The notes beneath the pieces were generated by a model, which had not been told where the DNA came from, searched no databases, and was given only the letters and a program-made list of their open reading frames with translations. From Candidatus Latescibacterota bacterium (GTDB lineage: Bacteria > Latescibacterota > UBA2968 > UBA8231), in contig OZ242214.1 of assembly GCA_965206595.1 (NCBI GenBank), positions 2,912,001-2,976,000 of the forward strand: a DNA stretch of 64,000 bases. Reading direction: 5' to 3'. Below, piece after piece: positions 19,101 to 29,253 of the stretch. The translations under genes were made by a program, and so were the position numbers. Each line of letters begins with the position of its first letter. Position 1 is the stretch's first letter.

Positions 19101-21611
19101 CTACAGGCCGCGCTTGAAGCCGGCGTTCACCTGGCGCCGGGGACCGACGAGGATGCCGGAGCTCAGGTGGGCCTGGGGCTGGCCGGCGTTGGAGTGCAGC
19201 CTGGATCCGATGTAGACCTCGTCGAGCAGGTTCTTGGCGGTTACGAAGGCGCTCCAGCGCGGAGAGAAGGCGTAGTCGGCGCTGGCGTTGAGGACGGAGT
19301 AGGCGGGGATCGGGCCGGTGTCCCCGCGATTGTAGGTGCGCCGGATGTTCTCGAAGTCGGTGAAGACCCCGTCGACGAAACGCAGGTCGGCGCGCAGGCG
19401 CAGCCCCCGCTTCGTCCGCTTGACCAGGCTCACGGTCAGGGTGTGCGGCGGCGCGTAGGGCAACTGGTTGCCGGTGAGGTCCACGGCGACGTTGCCGGCC
19501 ATGGTGGCCGAGGTGATGATGCCGCTGCGGATCCGCGTCTGCAGCCAGGTGTAGGAGAGGTCGACGTCGGGCAGGAGCGAGCCGAGTCGGGAGGTCGCAA
19601 GGGCCAGGGCCGTTTCGAGGCCGTAGGTGTCGACCTTGCCGAGGTTGCGGAACGCCGTGCCGCGGCCGGCGGCGACGAGATCCTCGATCTTCAGCAGGAA
19701 AGCGGAGGCTTCCAGGGTCAGCCACTGCCCCCCGGAGCGCAGTCCGGCTTCGATGTTCCAGCTCTTTTCCGCCTCGAGATCGAGCCCGCCTGCATCGGCG
19801 TCCTGGCCGAAGTTGGTGACCTTCAGCGCTCCGCTCGAAGGGGGGGTGTAGCCCCGATGGACGCCGGCGAAGGCGTTGAAGCGGCCGAACCGGCAGTTGA
19901 GGCCGAAACCGGGCAGGAGCACCCAGGAGACCTTGTCGGCCAGGATGGAACCGCGCAGGCGGTCCACCCGGTCCTGCTTGAAGATCTCGAAGCGCATCCC
20001 CGGATCGAGGGTCAGCCGTCCCCATTCGATCCGCTCCTTGGCGTAGAGGGCCAGGGCCGCGGTTTCGTAGTGGTGGCTCTGTCCCACGATCTGCACCGGG
20101 TCGCCGGGGTCGCCCGGAGTGCCGGTGTAGTAGACGCCGTCCCGCGCGTCCGGGGCGCCGCCGATTTTCTTGTCGTCGATGAAGCGCTCCCAGTGGGCGC
20201 GGACCCCGGCCTCGGCCTTTGCCGCGTGACCGCCGATACCGTGTTTGAGCGTGTAGTCCTGCGCGACGCCGGCGACGTAGAAGGTCCGCAGGATGCCGAA
20301 GTTGCCGGCCCCGCCTCCGATCCGCACCAGGTCTCCGCTCTGGTAGTAGGGGACCGGAGTGAGGTCTCCTGTCTCGAGGGCCGAGGCGCGCACGAAAACG
20401 TCGTCCTCCCGCCACCAGCGGCGGTCGAAGAGATTGAGGTAGGCCGTGGTATTGCCGACGAGATTCGCGGTGATCCTGCTGGTGTACATCAGGTCGAGGG
20501 AGGTGCGCAGGAGCCTTAAGTTGTCGTCTTCCTTGGGATTGAAACGCGGATCGGTGCGGAAGGAGTACTCCGTGAGACCAGTGTAGGTCGCGTTGGAGTT
20601 TTCGTAGTTGGCGTTGGCTTTCAGGTAGAGGACCTTCCTGCTGCTCAGGCGGACCTGCGTCTTGACCGTGCCGTTGACCTGGTCGAAAGCGTTGTTTTCC
20701 CGGAAGCCGGCTCCGTGTTTGTAGAGCAGCTGCATGTCGGAGGTGACCGCTCCGCCGCCAAGCCCCCTCCACTCCGAGAAGGCGCTGTAGTAACCGTTGT
20801 TGCCCAGGGTAAGCTGGTTGACCATCCCCCTGGTGCCGTCCGGTCTCCGCGTCGTGTAGTTGATGACACCCCCCATGGTCTGGGGGCCGAAGCGGATGGC
20901 CGAGCTCCCCTTGACCACCTCCATCGCGTCGATCCGTTCGGACGGGGGGTTGTAGTAGGCGTTGGGATAGATGTAGACCGCAGGCTGGATCGGCACCCCG
21001 TCTTCCATGATCAGCACCCGCGAGCTGCGGCGGGGATTCAGGCCCCGGATGCCGATGCTCAGGCGGGAATTGCCGAAGCCGTCGTCGGCGTAGCCGTTGA
21101 TGCCGGGCAACAGCTCGAGCAGTTCCTGCGTGCCGACCGGCCTGATCAGCTCCACGGTCTGCCGTCTCAGCTTCGAGGCGGTCCCGGGGCGCTTCCGGTT
21201 GACCAGCGGGGACTCGTCGATGATTTCGATCGGGGCCAACTCGATAGGATTGCTCAGCAAGGGGATGTCGAGAGCGAGGGTCGATCCCGGCGCCAGGGAG
21301 ATTTCCTCGAAAAACGGGTCGTAGCCTATCAGGCTCACGGCGATCCGCCCCGGTCCCGGCGGCACATCGGTGAGGGAGAAGGAGCCGTCCTGCCCGGTCG
21401 TCGCCCACTGGATCCCGCCCCCGTTCAGCTCGACCCTGACGACAGCACCGAATACCGGCTGCCCGGTATCCTTGTCGATCACCTCCCCGCGGATCTCCGC
21501 CGGCGCGCTGACGCCTGTCGGCTGCTGGCTCGGAGCAGGGCTGCCCATCAGCATGCCCGACATCATCACGAGGCCCACAAGTCCCCACATGTGCGGCTTT
21601 CCCGCTGCCAT
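19101..21611 (-). CDS. TonB-dependent receptor (FecA-like)
   Basis: Signal peptide, carboxypeptidase-regulatory-like N-domain, plug IGIRGLNPRRSSRVLIMEDGVP..EVVKGSSAIRFGPQTMGGVINY, C-terminal KNLLDEVY..GPRRQ. Confidence 0.93.
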   Translation of the reverse strand: MAAGKPHMWGLVGLVMMSGMLMGSPAPSQQPTGVSAPAEIRGEVIDKDTGQPVFGAVVRVELNGGGIQWATTGQDGSFSLTDVPPGPGRIAVSLIGYDPFFEEISLAPGSTLALDIPLLSNPIELAPIEIIDESPLVNRKRPGTASKLRRQTVELIRPVGTQELLELLPGINGYADDGFGNSRLSIGIRGLNPRRSSRVLIMEDGVPIQPAVYIYPNAYYNPPSERIDAMEVVKGSSAIRFGPQTMGGVINYTTRRPDGTRGMVNQLTLGNNGYYSAFSEWRGLGGGAVTSDMQLLYKHGAGFRENNAFDQVNGTVKTQVRLSSRKVLYLKANANYENSNATYTGLTEYSFRTDPRFNPKEDDNLRLLRTSLDLMYTSRITANLVGNTTAYLNLFDRRWWREDDVFVRASALETGDLTPVPYYQSGDLVRIGGGAGNFGILRTFYVAGVAQDYTLKHGIGGHAAKAEAGVRAHWERFIDDKKIGGAPDARDGVYYTGTPGDPGDPVQIVGQSHHYETAALALYAKERIEWGRLTLDPGMRFEIFKQDRVDRLRGSILADKVSWVLLPGFGLNCRFGRFNAFAGVHRGYTPPSSGALKVTNFGQDADAGGLDLEAEKSWNIEAGLRSGGQWLTLEASAFLLKIEDLVAAGRGTAFRNLGKVDTYGLETALALATSRLGSLLPDVDLSYTWLQTRIRSGIITSATMAGNVAVDLTGNQLPYAPPHTLTVSLVKRTKRGLRLRADLRFVDGVFTDFENIRRTYNRGDTGPIPAYSVLNASADYAFSPRWSAFVTAKNLLDEVYIGSRLHSNAGQPQAHLSSGILVGPRRQVNAGFKRGL

Positions 21612-21614
21612 CGT

Positions 21615-21836
21615 TCAGAACAGCTCGGGATTTGCTTTTGCGCGGGCCTGGCCAGCGGGGTCGCTGCCCGGGAGGGTGCTGGCGGCGTAGCTCCCCTCCT
21701 CTTCTTCTCCGGACTGCGGAGCCAGCACGGGATCGCTCTCGCATCCGGAAATCAGGTGCCAGCACAGGCCGCACAGCAGAAATGCCAGAAGCCAGGAAGC
21801 GGCCTTACTCTTCATAATCAAACCCTCTGTTGCCAT
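21615..21836 (-). CDS. Small putative lipoprotein
   Basis: Hydrophobic stretch plus lipobox-like ISGC; 3-bp gap to the TonB receptor gene; start uncertain. Confidence 0.5.
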   Translation of the reverse strand: MATEGLIMKSKAASWLLAFLLCGLCWHLISGCESDPVLAPQSGEEEEGSYAASTLPGSDPAGQARAKANPELF

Positions 21837-21919
21837 GCGAACGGGATCTCCCCGTTCGGTATGTGTCGTCAATCGTCGGTATGCATCGTCAATCGGAAAT
21901 GTTCATTGCCAATCGAAAG

Positions 21920-21990
21920 TAGGCATTACTAATCTATTATTTGTATTATCAATCAAATGTTTGATATACAGAACAACAGTTTGCTAATAT
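21920..21990. promoter_or_regulatory. AT-rich divergent promoter region with palindrome ATCAAATGTTTGAT (21952-21965) and partial Fur-box-like TGATAAT on the minus strand
   Basis: Very AT-rich island between the TonB locus and the epimerase gene; regulator identity not established. Confidence 0.4.
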
Positions 21991-22137
21991 AGACCAGCGT
22001 TTTTCCCGCCGTCAACCGCTTTTTTCGCGTTGACCCGCTGGCTATTGTATCGGAAAGGGCTTTGGGAAGAGTTTTCTGCAGGCGGGATTTCCTGACATAA
22101 TTCCATGTTTTACAATGGGTTGAACCGATAGGATGTC

Positions 22138-23112
22138 GTGCGGATCATCGTAACAGGGGCCGCGGGGTTTGTCGGGTCGCATCTATGCGAACGGATGGCC
22201 GCCCTGGGGCACAACACAGTCGGCGTCGATTCCTTCACTGACCACTACCCGGTCCGGCTGAAGGTGCGCAACGCCGGCGAGCTGGCGGATGCGGGGGTCC
22301 GGCTCGAGCGCCTCGACCTGGCCTCGGACCGGTTGGAGGAGGTGGTTGCCGATGCCGAACTGGTCTTCCACCTCGCGGCCCAACCCGGCATTTCCGCGCA
22401 CGTACCCCCGGAGGCGTACGTTCGCAACAACCTCGTCGCAACCAGCGCGCTTCTGGACGCGTGCGCCGCCCTCAGGCCGCCCCCCTTCCTGGTCAACGTC
22501 TCGACATCGTCCGTGTACGGGCGGCGCGCCACCGCTGCGGAGACCGCCCTGCCCGAACCGATCTCCTGCTACGGGGTGACGAAGCTCGCCGCGGAGCAGC
22601 TGGCGTTGGCGCACTGGCGCGGGGGCAGACTGCCGGTCTGCTCCTTGCGCCTGTTCTCCGTCTACGGCCCGCGGGAGCGCCCCGAGAAGCTCTACATGAA
22701 GCTGATAACCAGCATCCTCGAGAGGGAGGAATTTCCCCTGTACGAAGGCAGTCAGGACCACGAGCGCGCCTACACGTTCGTCGACGACGCCGTCGCCGGA
22801 CTCCTCGCGGTCCTCGATCACAGGGACCGGTGCGCCGGGGAAATCTTCAACATCGGATCGGAAACCGGGACCTCGACGCGCAGGGGTATCGAGATCGTGG
22901 AGGAGATCCTGGGCAGGAAGGCACGCCTGAAGGTTCTCCCTCCGCGTCCCGGCGATCAGACCCACACCCGGGCAAACATCGACAAGGCGAGAGGCGTGCT
23001 CGGGTTCGTCCCCGCCACCGGACTGGAGGAGGGCCTGGAGACCCAGGTTGAATGGTGCAGGAAGCTGTTGGCCGAGGAGCCTGGGAAATCGTCAGCTCCG
23101 TATTCTCCTTAG
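22138..23112 (+). CDS. NAD-dependent epimerase/dehydratase (UDP-glucuronate 4-epimerase-like)
   Basis: TGAAGFVG, HLAAQPG, STSSVYG, YGVTK, FSVYGPRERP. Confidence 0.93.
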   Translation: MRIIVTGAAGFVGSHLCERMAALGHNTVGVDSFTDHYPVRLKVRNAGELADAGVRLERLDLASDRLEEVVADAELVFHLAAQPGISAHVPPEAYVRNNLVATSALLDACAALRPPPFLVNVSTSSVYGRRATAAETALPEPISCYGVTKLAAEQLALAHWRGGRLPVCSLRLFSVYGPRERPEKLYMKLITSILEREEFPLYEGSQDHERAYTFVDDAVAGLLAVLDHRDRCAGEIFNIGSETGTSTRRGIEIVEEILGRKARLKVLPPRPGDQTHTRANIDKARGVLGFVPATGLEEGLETQVEWCRKLLAEEPGKSSAPYSP

Positions 23113-23678
23113 GAGACTCCGGGCATCGCCGGCTTCCCGACGGCCTCGAGGGCAGCGGCCTCTACATCCAGGGGCACAATCGCAGCGACGACCTCTTCAT
23201 GTTCTTCAAGAGGCAGGTCGGCGGACTGAAGGCCGATGCGGAATACACCGCCGTCCTGTACCTCGATCTGGCGACCAACGTCCCGGAAGGTCTGGTCGGC
23301 ATCGGCGGCTCTCCCGGGGAGAGCGTGTTCGTGAAAACGGGAGCGTCCACCGTCGAGCCCCTGGCTCCCGAGGACGACAACGGATACTTCAGGATGAACA
23401 TCGACAAGGGAAACCAGTCCAAGGGGGGCCGGTCGATGGTTGTTCTGGGACACGTCGCTCACCCGGAGGTGACCGGCGAGGAGTACCGCCTGAAATCCCT
23501 CGACAACTCCGGCAGTCCGGTGCATGTCACCGCGGACGGAGAAGGCAGGCTGTGGCTGATCGCCGGCACGGACTCCGGATTCGAGGGCCTGAGCGCCTTC
23601 TACTACGCACGCATCGCCTGCACGCTCACCCCGGTGGAAACTCCGGGCACGGGGGCTTCCCTTCTCGGGGTCGAATAG
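23110..23678 (+). pseudogene. 5'-truncated conserved hypothetical protein
   Basis: Protein-like frame (GHNRSDDLFMFFKRQ...NIDKGNQS...WLIAGTDSGFEG) begins abruptly at the epimerase stop, with no separate start. Confidence 0.55.
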
Positions 23679-23702
23679 AGTTCGGACAGGTCGGGTTTAC
23701 GA

Positions 23703-26700
23703 CTACGGCCTCCGGGCTTCCGCTGAGAACGCGCAGACCCCGTTGGCCAGCCGCATCTGCCGCACCGAGCGGCACTCCGGCTCGAACAGCTTCGGGCTCG
23801 CCACCAGGACGCAGACGCAGCGGGCGCGGCTGGTGGCGACGTTGAGCCGGTTGAGGCTGTACAGGAACTCCATGCCGCGCGGCGCATCCTCCGGGCTCGA
23901 GGTCGTCATGCTGTAGACGACGGCCGCGGCCTCCTGCCCCTGGAACCTGTCGACGGTGCCGACCTTCGCCCGGGGGCCGAGCTTCAGTTGCAGCTCCGCC
24001 ACCTGGGCGTTGTAGGGGGCCACCACGAGGATGTCATCCAGCTGCAGCGGTTTCGCCCTGCCGTCGGCGCCCCTCCAGGTCACCCCCTCCCGGGTCAGCT
24101 CCGCCACCACTTCCGCGACCCGCGCCACCTCTTCCGGGCTGGTGCCCTGGTTCCCCTCGTGTTCCACCTCCTCCACCCACAGGCCGGCGCCGCGGTACTT
24201 CGTCGGTCCGGCAACGGCCTGGCGCTCCATGCCTTCGCGGGACGTCAGCTGCCCCTCGTAGAACTGCCGCGAGGTGAAGCCGCAGATCGCCGGGTGCAGG
24301 CGCCAGGTCTGCTCGAGGAACAGGCCCTTCTCCGCCGGCATGACGCTGCCCTCGCCGATCACGTGCTGCAGCGCCGACACGTCGGTCCCTTCCGGGTGGC
24401 TTCCCTTCTGCGGCTGTTCCAGCTGCTGCGGGTCGCCGAGCAGCACGAGGTTGCGCGCGCACGGGCTCATGGCCAGGACGTTGGCGAGGCTCATCTGCCC
24501 GGCCTCGTCGACGAACAGGACATCCACCGACCCGGCGTACTGCTCGCGCGACCACAGCCAGGCGGTACCGCCCACCACGTTGGCTTCCCCCGCCTCGAGG
24601 GCGGCGAGCAGCGCGTCGTTGCTATTGGTCTCCTCGATTCCCTCGGGCGGCTCGGCCGAGAGCTCGGTCACCTTGTGAATACAGGCCAGTTCCACCCGTT
24701 CGTCCGCCGCGGCTCCCAGGGCGCTCTGCAGCAGGTTGTCGATCACCTTGTGGCTCACCGCGGAGACCCCCACCCGCTTTCCCCGCTTCACCAGCTCGAC
24801 GATCATGCGGCCCCCGGTGAAGGTCTTGCCGCTGCCCGGCGGACCCTGGACCGGCAGCGCCCCCCCGTCGAGCTCCCCGGCGAGGCGGCGTGCCGCATCG
24901 ACCGCGGATTCCCCTTTGCTGCGCAGGAGACCGGGGGCGTTCCGCCGCGGATCGAGGCGCTGCAGCAGGTCGCGGCCGGCGCGGGCGCAGCTGCCGGCAT
25001 CACCGGCGTCCACTCCGTTTTCGGCCACCCACTCCCCGAGGCGCATCAGGCTATCCCGCAATACGTTCGTGCGCACTACGCCGAACTCGTACAGGCAACG
25101 CGGACGGTCCTCTTCCCTCCCTCCCGCCTGCTTGACATCCACCGTCCCGGCGATGAGGTCGATGCCGACGAGGTTCCCCAGCTTCGCGCCTTCGCCGTCG
25201 TACAGCCCCGCCCCTTCCCCGATCTCGACGATCTGCTCCGGGTAGGAGTACCGGTGGCGAGGGTTCCTCTCCTTTCCCACCTTGGGCAGCTGCTCCTTCC
25301 AGACGAGCCCGGCGATCGCCGCCTTCTCGTCGAGGAGCTCCTCCTCGGGCAGGTCGCGGAGCCGGAAGAACTCCCACCAGGCCGTCTTCTCCTCGCGCCA
25401 GTGCCAGTCGAGCAGGTAGGCAAGCAGCCAGCGCCCCTGCTCATCCCCGTTGCGCTCCTCGGGCAGCGGCGACACCCCTTCCGTCAGCCGGCCGCGCAGA
25501 TCCTTCAGCTCCTGCTGCCGCTCCGTCAGCTCCTCCCCGGGCTCGCCTTCCTGCAGCTGCGGCCGCGGCACCTCTTTCCCCTCCTCTACCTGGCGGGCGC
25601 GCAGCTCCTCCAGCCACTGCCGCAGCCGCCACGTCGACACACAGTCGTCCTCGTTGTACCCGCGCACGATCTCGCGAATCTCCTCCGGCGCATCCTGCCC
25701 CTGTCCGGTCTCCAGCAGGGCCTCCAGTAGGCGCTTGGGGCGGCTCACCTCCCGCAGGGCGATGCGGCGCTCGTACCCGAAGAACCGCTCCAGCTCCTTG
25801 ATCGAGTAGCTCTCGACGCCGGCGCGCACCGCCTGCCGCGTCACCCGGTAGAGGTCGACGAAGGCCTCGGCGCGCAGCAGCTCGTCCACCTCCTGCTCGC
25901 ACGTGGCGTAGCGGCCCATCAGCCGCTTCAGGGCCGCCGGCTCGTACGCGGCGTAGTGGTAGACGTGCATCCCCGGATGCCGCCGGCGCCGCTCCATGAC
26001 CATGTCGATGAAGCGCTCGAAGGCAGCTTTTTCCGATAGCCCGTCGTGCGCCCAGACGTGGCAGTAGTCCGGATCCCCGCTGCTCCCGCCCGGGACGGCC
26101 GCCCATCCGAACAGGTACTCGAGGCCTCCTTCTCCGGCGAACGGGTCCCCCTCGAGATCGAAGAACAGGTCCCCGGCATCCGGCTCGGGCAGGCGCGTCA
26201 GGCCGCTGTCCTCGCAGACCGGGAGCATCTCGAAATACGGCTCCTCGCTCGTGCGGTCCTTCAGCTGCACATGCGCCTGGTGCCGGGAATGGTCCAGGCT
26301 CTCGCGGCTGCCCCGGTTCGGCCTCAACCCGGGGGCAAGCGGCGCGCGGCCGAACCGCTCGAGAGTGTCGATCTCCCACCCGGTCAGCTCGCTCCGCTGC
26401 CCGCGCGTGATCCCCGCCACCAGGCTGAGGTGATCGTCGGCGCGGCGCTGTTTGTCGCACAGCCTCCACCAGTCGCAGACGTTGCAGTGCTCGCACGGCT
26501 CAGGGTAGGTGCCGGCTCCGTTGCGGGCGGCCTCTTCGAGGCGCGCCTTCACCCGCCGGTAGTAGGCCTCGTAATGATCGACGCGGTACACCTCCGGCTC
26601 GAAGCCGCTGCCCGGAGTGACCACCTTGACCACGTCCGGCCGCCTGCCCTGCAGCTTGCCCAGCATCTCGGCGTAGAGGCAGAGCTGCAGGATGGTCCCC

Positions 26701-27113
26701 GGTTTCGTCTGCGCCGACAACTTGGTGTCCACCACCTCGTAGTGGTACTCCCCAAGGTCGCTCGGGCCCTCGACCCGCAGCAGCACGTCGGCGCGGCCGT
26801 TCCAGCAGCCGTCCTCCAGCCAGGCCTGGGAGATCGCGCCGGCACCGTCGGCCATGGCCTGGCGGGTCGCTGCGAGGTTCTGGTTTCCCCGCACCTCCAC
26901 CACTCGGACGCCCTGATCCCTGAGGTGGTCCAGGTAGGAGCGCTCGTGCTCCATCCCCTTTTGCTGCAGCACATCTATCCCGGGGTCGTACCAGTAGGGC
27001 CTCTTCAGCTCCTTTCGGGCGCAGCGCAGGTCGAGCTGGGTCTTGTGGCGGCAGGCGAGGTGACTGGCGAGGTCGGTGGCTGACAGCCTGAGACGGGATC
27101 CTGAGAAATGCAT
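23703..27113 (-). CDS. TM0106-family RecB-like nuclease / RNase H-like / SF1 helicase fusion
   Basis: SATDLASHLACRH; GRADVLLR..VVDTK..LQLCLY; CxxCxxCxWxxxC; FFDLEGDP; QGPPGSGKT, VDEAGQ, GDPQQL, GTVDRFQGQE, RLNVATSRA. Confidence 0.93.
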   Translation of the reverse strand: MHFSGSRLRLSATDLASHLACRHKTQLDLRCARKELKRPYWYDPGIDVLQQKGMEHERSYLDHLRDQGVRVVEVRGNQNLAATRQAMADGAGAISQAWLEDGCWNGRADVLLRVEGPSDLGEYHYEVVDTKLSAQTKPGTILQLCLYAEMLGKLQGRRPDVVKVVTPGSGFEPEVYRVDHYEAYYRRVKARLEEAARNGAGTYPEPCEHCNVCDWWRLCDKQRRADDHLSLVAGITRGQRSELTGWEIDTLERFGRAPLAPGLRPNRGSRESLDHSRHQAHVQLKDRTSEEPYFEMLPVCEDSGLTRLPEPDAGDLFFDLEGDPFAGEGGLEYLFGWAAVPGGSSGDPDYCHVWAHDGLSEKAAFERFIDMVMERRRRHPGMHVYHYAAYEPAALKRLMGRYATCEQEVDELLRAEAFVDLYRVTRQAVRAGVESYSIKELERFFGYERRIALREVSRPKRLLEALLETGQGQDAPEEIREIVRGYNEDDCVSTWRLRQWLEELRARQVEEGKEVPRPQLQEGEPGEELTERQQELKDLRGRLTEGVSPLPEERNGDEQGRWLLAYLLDWHWREEKTAWWEFFRLRDLPEEELLDEKAAIAGLVWKEQLPKVGKERNPRHRYSYPEQIVEIGEGAGLYDGEGAKLGNLVGIDLIAGTVDVKQAGGREEDRPRCLYEFGVVRTNVLRDSLMRLGEWVAENGVDAGDAGSCARAGRDLLQRLDPRRNAPGLLRSKGESAVDAARRLAGELDGGALPVQGPPGSGKTFTGGRMIVELVKRGKRVGVSAVSHKVIDNLLQSALGAAADERVELACIHKVTELSAEPPEGIEETNSNDALLAALEAGEANVVGGTAWLWSREQYAGSVDVLFVDEAGQMSLANVLAMSPCARNLVLLGDPQQLEQPQKGSHPEGTDVSALQHVIGEGSVMPAEKGLFLEQTWRLHPAICGFTSRQFYEGQLTSREGMERQAVAGPTKYRGAGLWVEEVEHEGNQGTSPEEVARVAEVVAELTREGVTWRGADGRAKPLQLDDILVVAPYNAQVAELQLKLGPRAKVGTVDRFQGQEAAAVVYSMTTSSPEDAPRGMEFLYSLNRLNVATSRARCVCVLVASPKLFEPECRSVRQMRLANGVCAFSAEARRP

Positions 27114-27251
27114 TTACCTGTTTCCTGGGTCAGGCAGCGGCGGAAAGGTTGCTGCGGTGGGGAAAGAGGCCATTTCCATCATTGCTCCGGATTGGGTAAG
27201 GCGGGTCCTCGACGCCGCGGCCTCGGCGCAGGCGGTATGCTCCATCACGCC

Positions 27252-27683
27252 TCACAGCGGCGAGGTGTGCATCTTGAGGATTGTGAAACCCCCGGCCGCG
27301 GCGTGCCGCACCTCTTCGGCGAACTCAACCGGCGAACAAGGCCGCGTCCAGGCCGCCAGCGACACGGCATCGCGCCGCTTCTGCCCCATCAGCTTGTAGG
27401 CCGGGACCTCGAGCCGCTTCCCCATCAGGTCGTACAGGGCCGCCACCAGGCCGTGGTTGAGGTTGCTGCCGACGAAGTCGAACGGGTCGCGGCCGATGAC
27501 CGGTTCGACCGCGGACCGAGGCGGCACCGGGCCCCGCGTCTCCCCGTAGCCGACCAGCCCGGAGTCGGTGGCGACGCGGTACACGGCGATCTTGGAGACC
27601 TGCCCGTAGAAGGCGAAGTTGCCGCGGTTGCGGGCCTGGTTTCGGGGGTGGATCTGGAAGACGTCTACGTCGGTGATTTTCAT
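27252..27683 (-). pseudogene. Mandelate racemase/enolase-superfamily gene, 3'-truncated copy A
   Basis: MKITDVDVFQ...ALYDLMGKRLEVPAYKLMG..ILKMH then stop; paralog of the gene at 35723. Confidence 0.8.
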
Positions 27684-27689
27684 GGCGGG
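27340..27689. repeat. Direct repeat copy 1 (~350 bp; copy 2 at 30652-31001)
   Basis: Near-identical sequence with mostly synonymous differences. Confidence 0.92.
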
Positions 27690-28077
27690 TTCGAATTTTG
27701 GAGGGGTTGAGCAGGATCGCATCACCGGAAGCCGCGGACACCGACTGGTCTTGCATAGTGCACGCAATAGCACTATTTTCGTTATCTCGCCAGATGGCCG
27801 GAACCAAGGGAAACCCCTCGCGGGAAAATCCCTAGGGTGGAAGCCGCGCCGCCTTCCGCGCAGGCCGGTGGCGCCTAACATGGCCGTTCCGCACTTTGAC
27901 CAAGCGCAACTGCACGACCCAGACAACCTGATCGGACGCTGCGGAGGTGGCCAAAGATGATTGAGTTTTTTGTGCTTGGACCCGAATATGTTATGTACAG
28001 TACGGGGGCGGTGTGGAGTGTGGAGGGGGTGAGCGGGTGAGGTAAAAGGTAACGGCAATGGAGGAAAAGGAAAAATT

Positions 28078-28680
28078 ATGAAAACGATCCATGCGACCGA
28101 GATAAAAGACCTGATACAGCGCGCCGATGAAGGCGATGCAGAAGCACAGTATGACCTTGGCTGGAGGTACTCCGCCGGTCATGGTGTGGGGCAAAACGAT
28201 GAAAAGGCGGAGAGCTTGCTCCGCAAGGCAGCCGAGCAAGGACATGAAAAAAGTCAGAACATCCTTGGCGTGATGTATTCCATTGGTCATGGTGTGCGAC
28301 AAGACTATGTAGAGGCGGCAAAGTGGCTCCGCAAGGCAGCCAAGCAAGGACTTGCTCAAGCCCAGAAAAACCTTGGCGCGATGTATGCCATTGGCAATGG
28401 TGTGCGGCAAGATTATGAAGAGGCGGTGAAGTGGCTGCGTAAGGCAGCCGAGCAAGGGTTTGCTCAAGCCCAGCACGACCTTGGAGTGATGTATGCAAAT
28501 GGCCAAGGCGTGCGGCAAGACTATATGGAAGCCCACATGTGGTGGAATCTCGCCGCGGCACAAGGTAACGAGGAAGCACGCGAAAAACGCGATACGGTGG
28601 CCAAAATGCTGACCGCTTCTCAAGTTGCCGAGGCCCAGTGCCGGGCGCGGAAAAAAATGGACGAGATTCACAATGAATGA
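28078..28680 (+). CDS. Sel1-repeat protein
   Basis: 36-aa repeats AQxxLGxMYxxGxGVRQDYxEAxKWLRKAAEQG; strong RBS. Confidence 0.95.
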   Translation: MKTIHATEIKDLIQRADEGDAEAQYDLGWRYSAGHGVGQNDEKAESLLRKAAEQGHEKSQNILGVMYSIGHGVRQDYVEAAKWLRKAAKQGLAQAQKNLGAMYAIGNGVRQDYEEAVKWLRKAAEQGFAQAQHDLGVMYANGQGVRQDYMEAHMWWNLAAAQGNEEAREKRDTVAKMLTASQVAEAQCRARKKMDEIHNE

Positions 28681-29125
28681 AGAACAAAAATTAACAGAGG
28701 AACTCGATCAGCAGCTCCGCCAAAAAAATAAAATACACTGGAATCTGGAGCGGGTTGTTATTGGCACCACCGAAGACAAGCTCCGGCTCTGTCTGCACAA
28801 CGCTATTGACCGTCTCGGCACCAAACGGGAGTGGAGGACACCATCGGCCCTCCTGGTGACACTCATTCTTGCACTAACCACGACTGAATTCAAAGACCAA
28901 TTCGCTATTCCCGCAGCAACCTGGCACGCGTTTTTCTTACTCTTGGCGGTAGTCACATTCTTCTGGACTATTAAGGCTATATGGAAAGCGACCAGGGTCG
29001 AAGTATCTGTTGAATCAATCGTATCCGAAATCAAGCAGCAACCTGCAGAAAGCAAGAAAAGCACCAAAATAAATAGGTTTACCGCTTTTGTGAAGAAGCT
29101 GTTCCCCAAAGGGAAAAAGCAATGA
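28673..29125 (+). CDS. Hypothetical 2-TM membrane protein
   Basis: ATG overlaps the Sel1 gene end; two hydrophobic helices; low GC. Confidence 0.7.
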   Translation: MNEEQKLTEELDQQLRQKNKIHWNLERVVIGTTEDKLRLCLHNAIDRLGTKREWRTPSALLVTLILALTTTEFKDQFAIPAATWHAFFLLLAVVTFFWTIKAIWKATRVEVSVESIVSEIKQQPAESKKSTKINRFTAFVKKLFPKGKKQ

Positions 29126-29253
29126 TCGTGATTGAAGCAACCCTACCGCCAGTCCAGCCCCCGGATTGGGCCGTGTTGGAACGGCAGCTTTTTCCAAGTC
29201 GTGGGGGTGTGTGAGAGGAAGTTTCAGGCGGAGCCGGCTGCCCGGCTCGTCGA

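Noticed and set aside
21952-21965. FNR site
   Set aside because: The half-sites are in the reverse arrangement (ATCAA-N4-TTGAT) relative to the FNR consensus
27873-27996. GCCTAAC ... GTTATGT resembling integron attC ends upstream of the Sel1 cassette
   Set aside because: The interior does not form the required extended palindrome, and there is no integrase or second site
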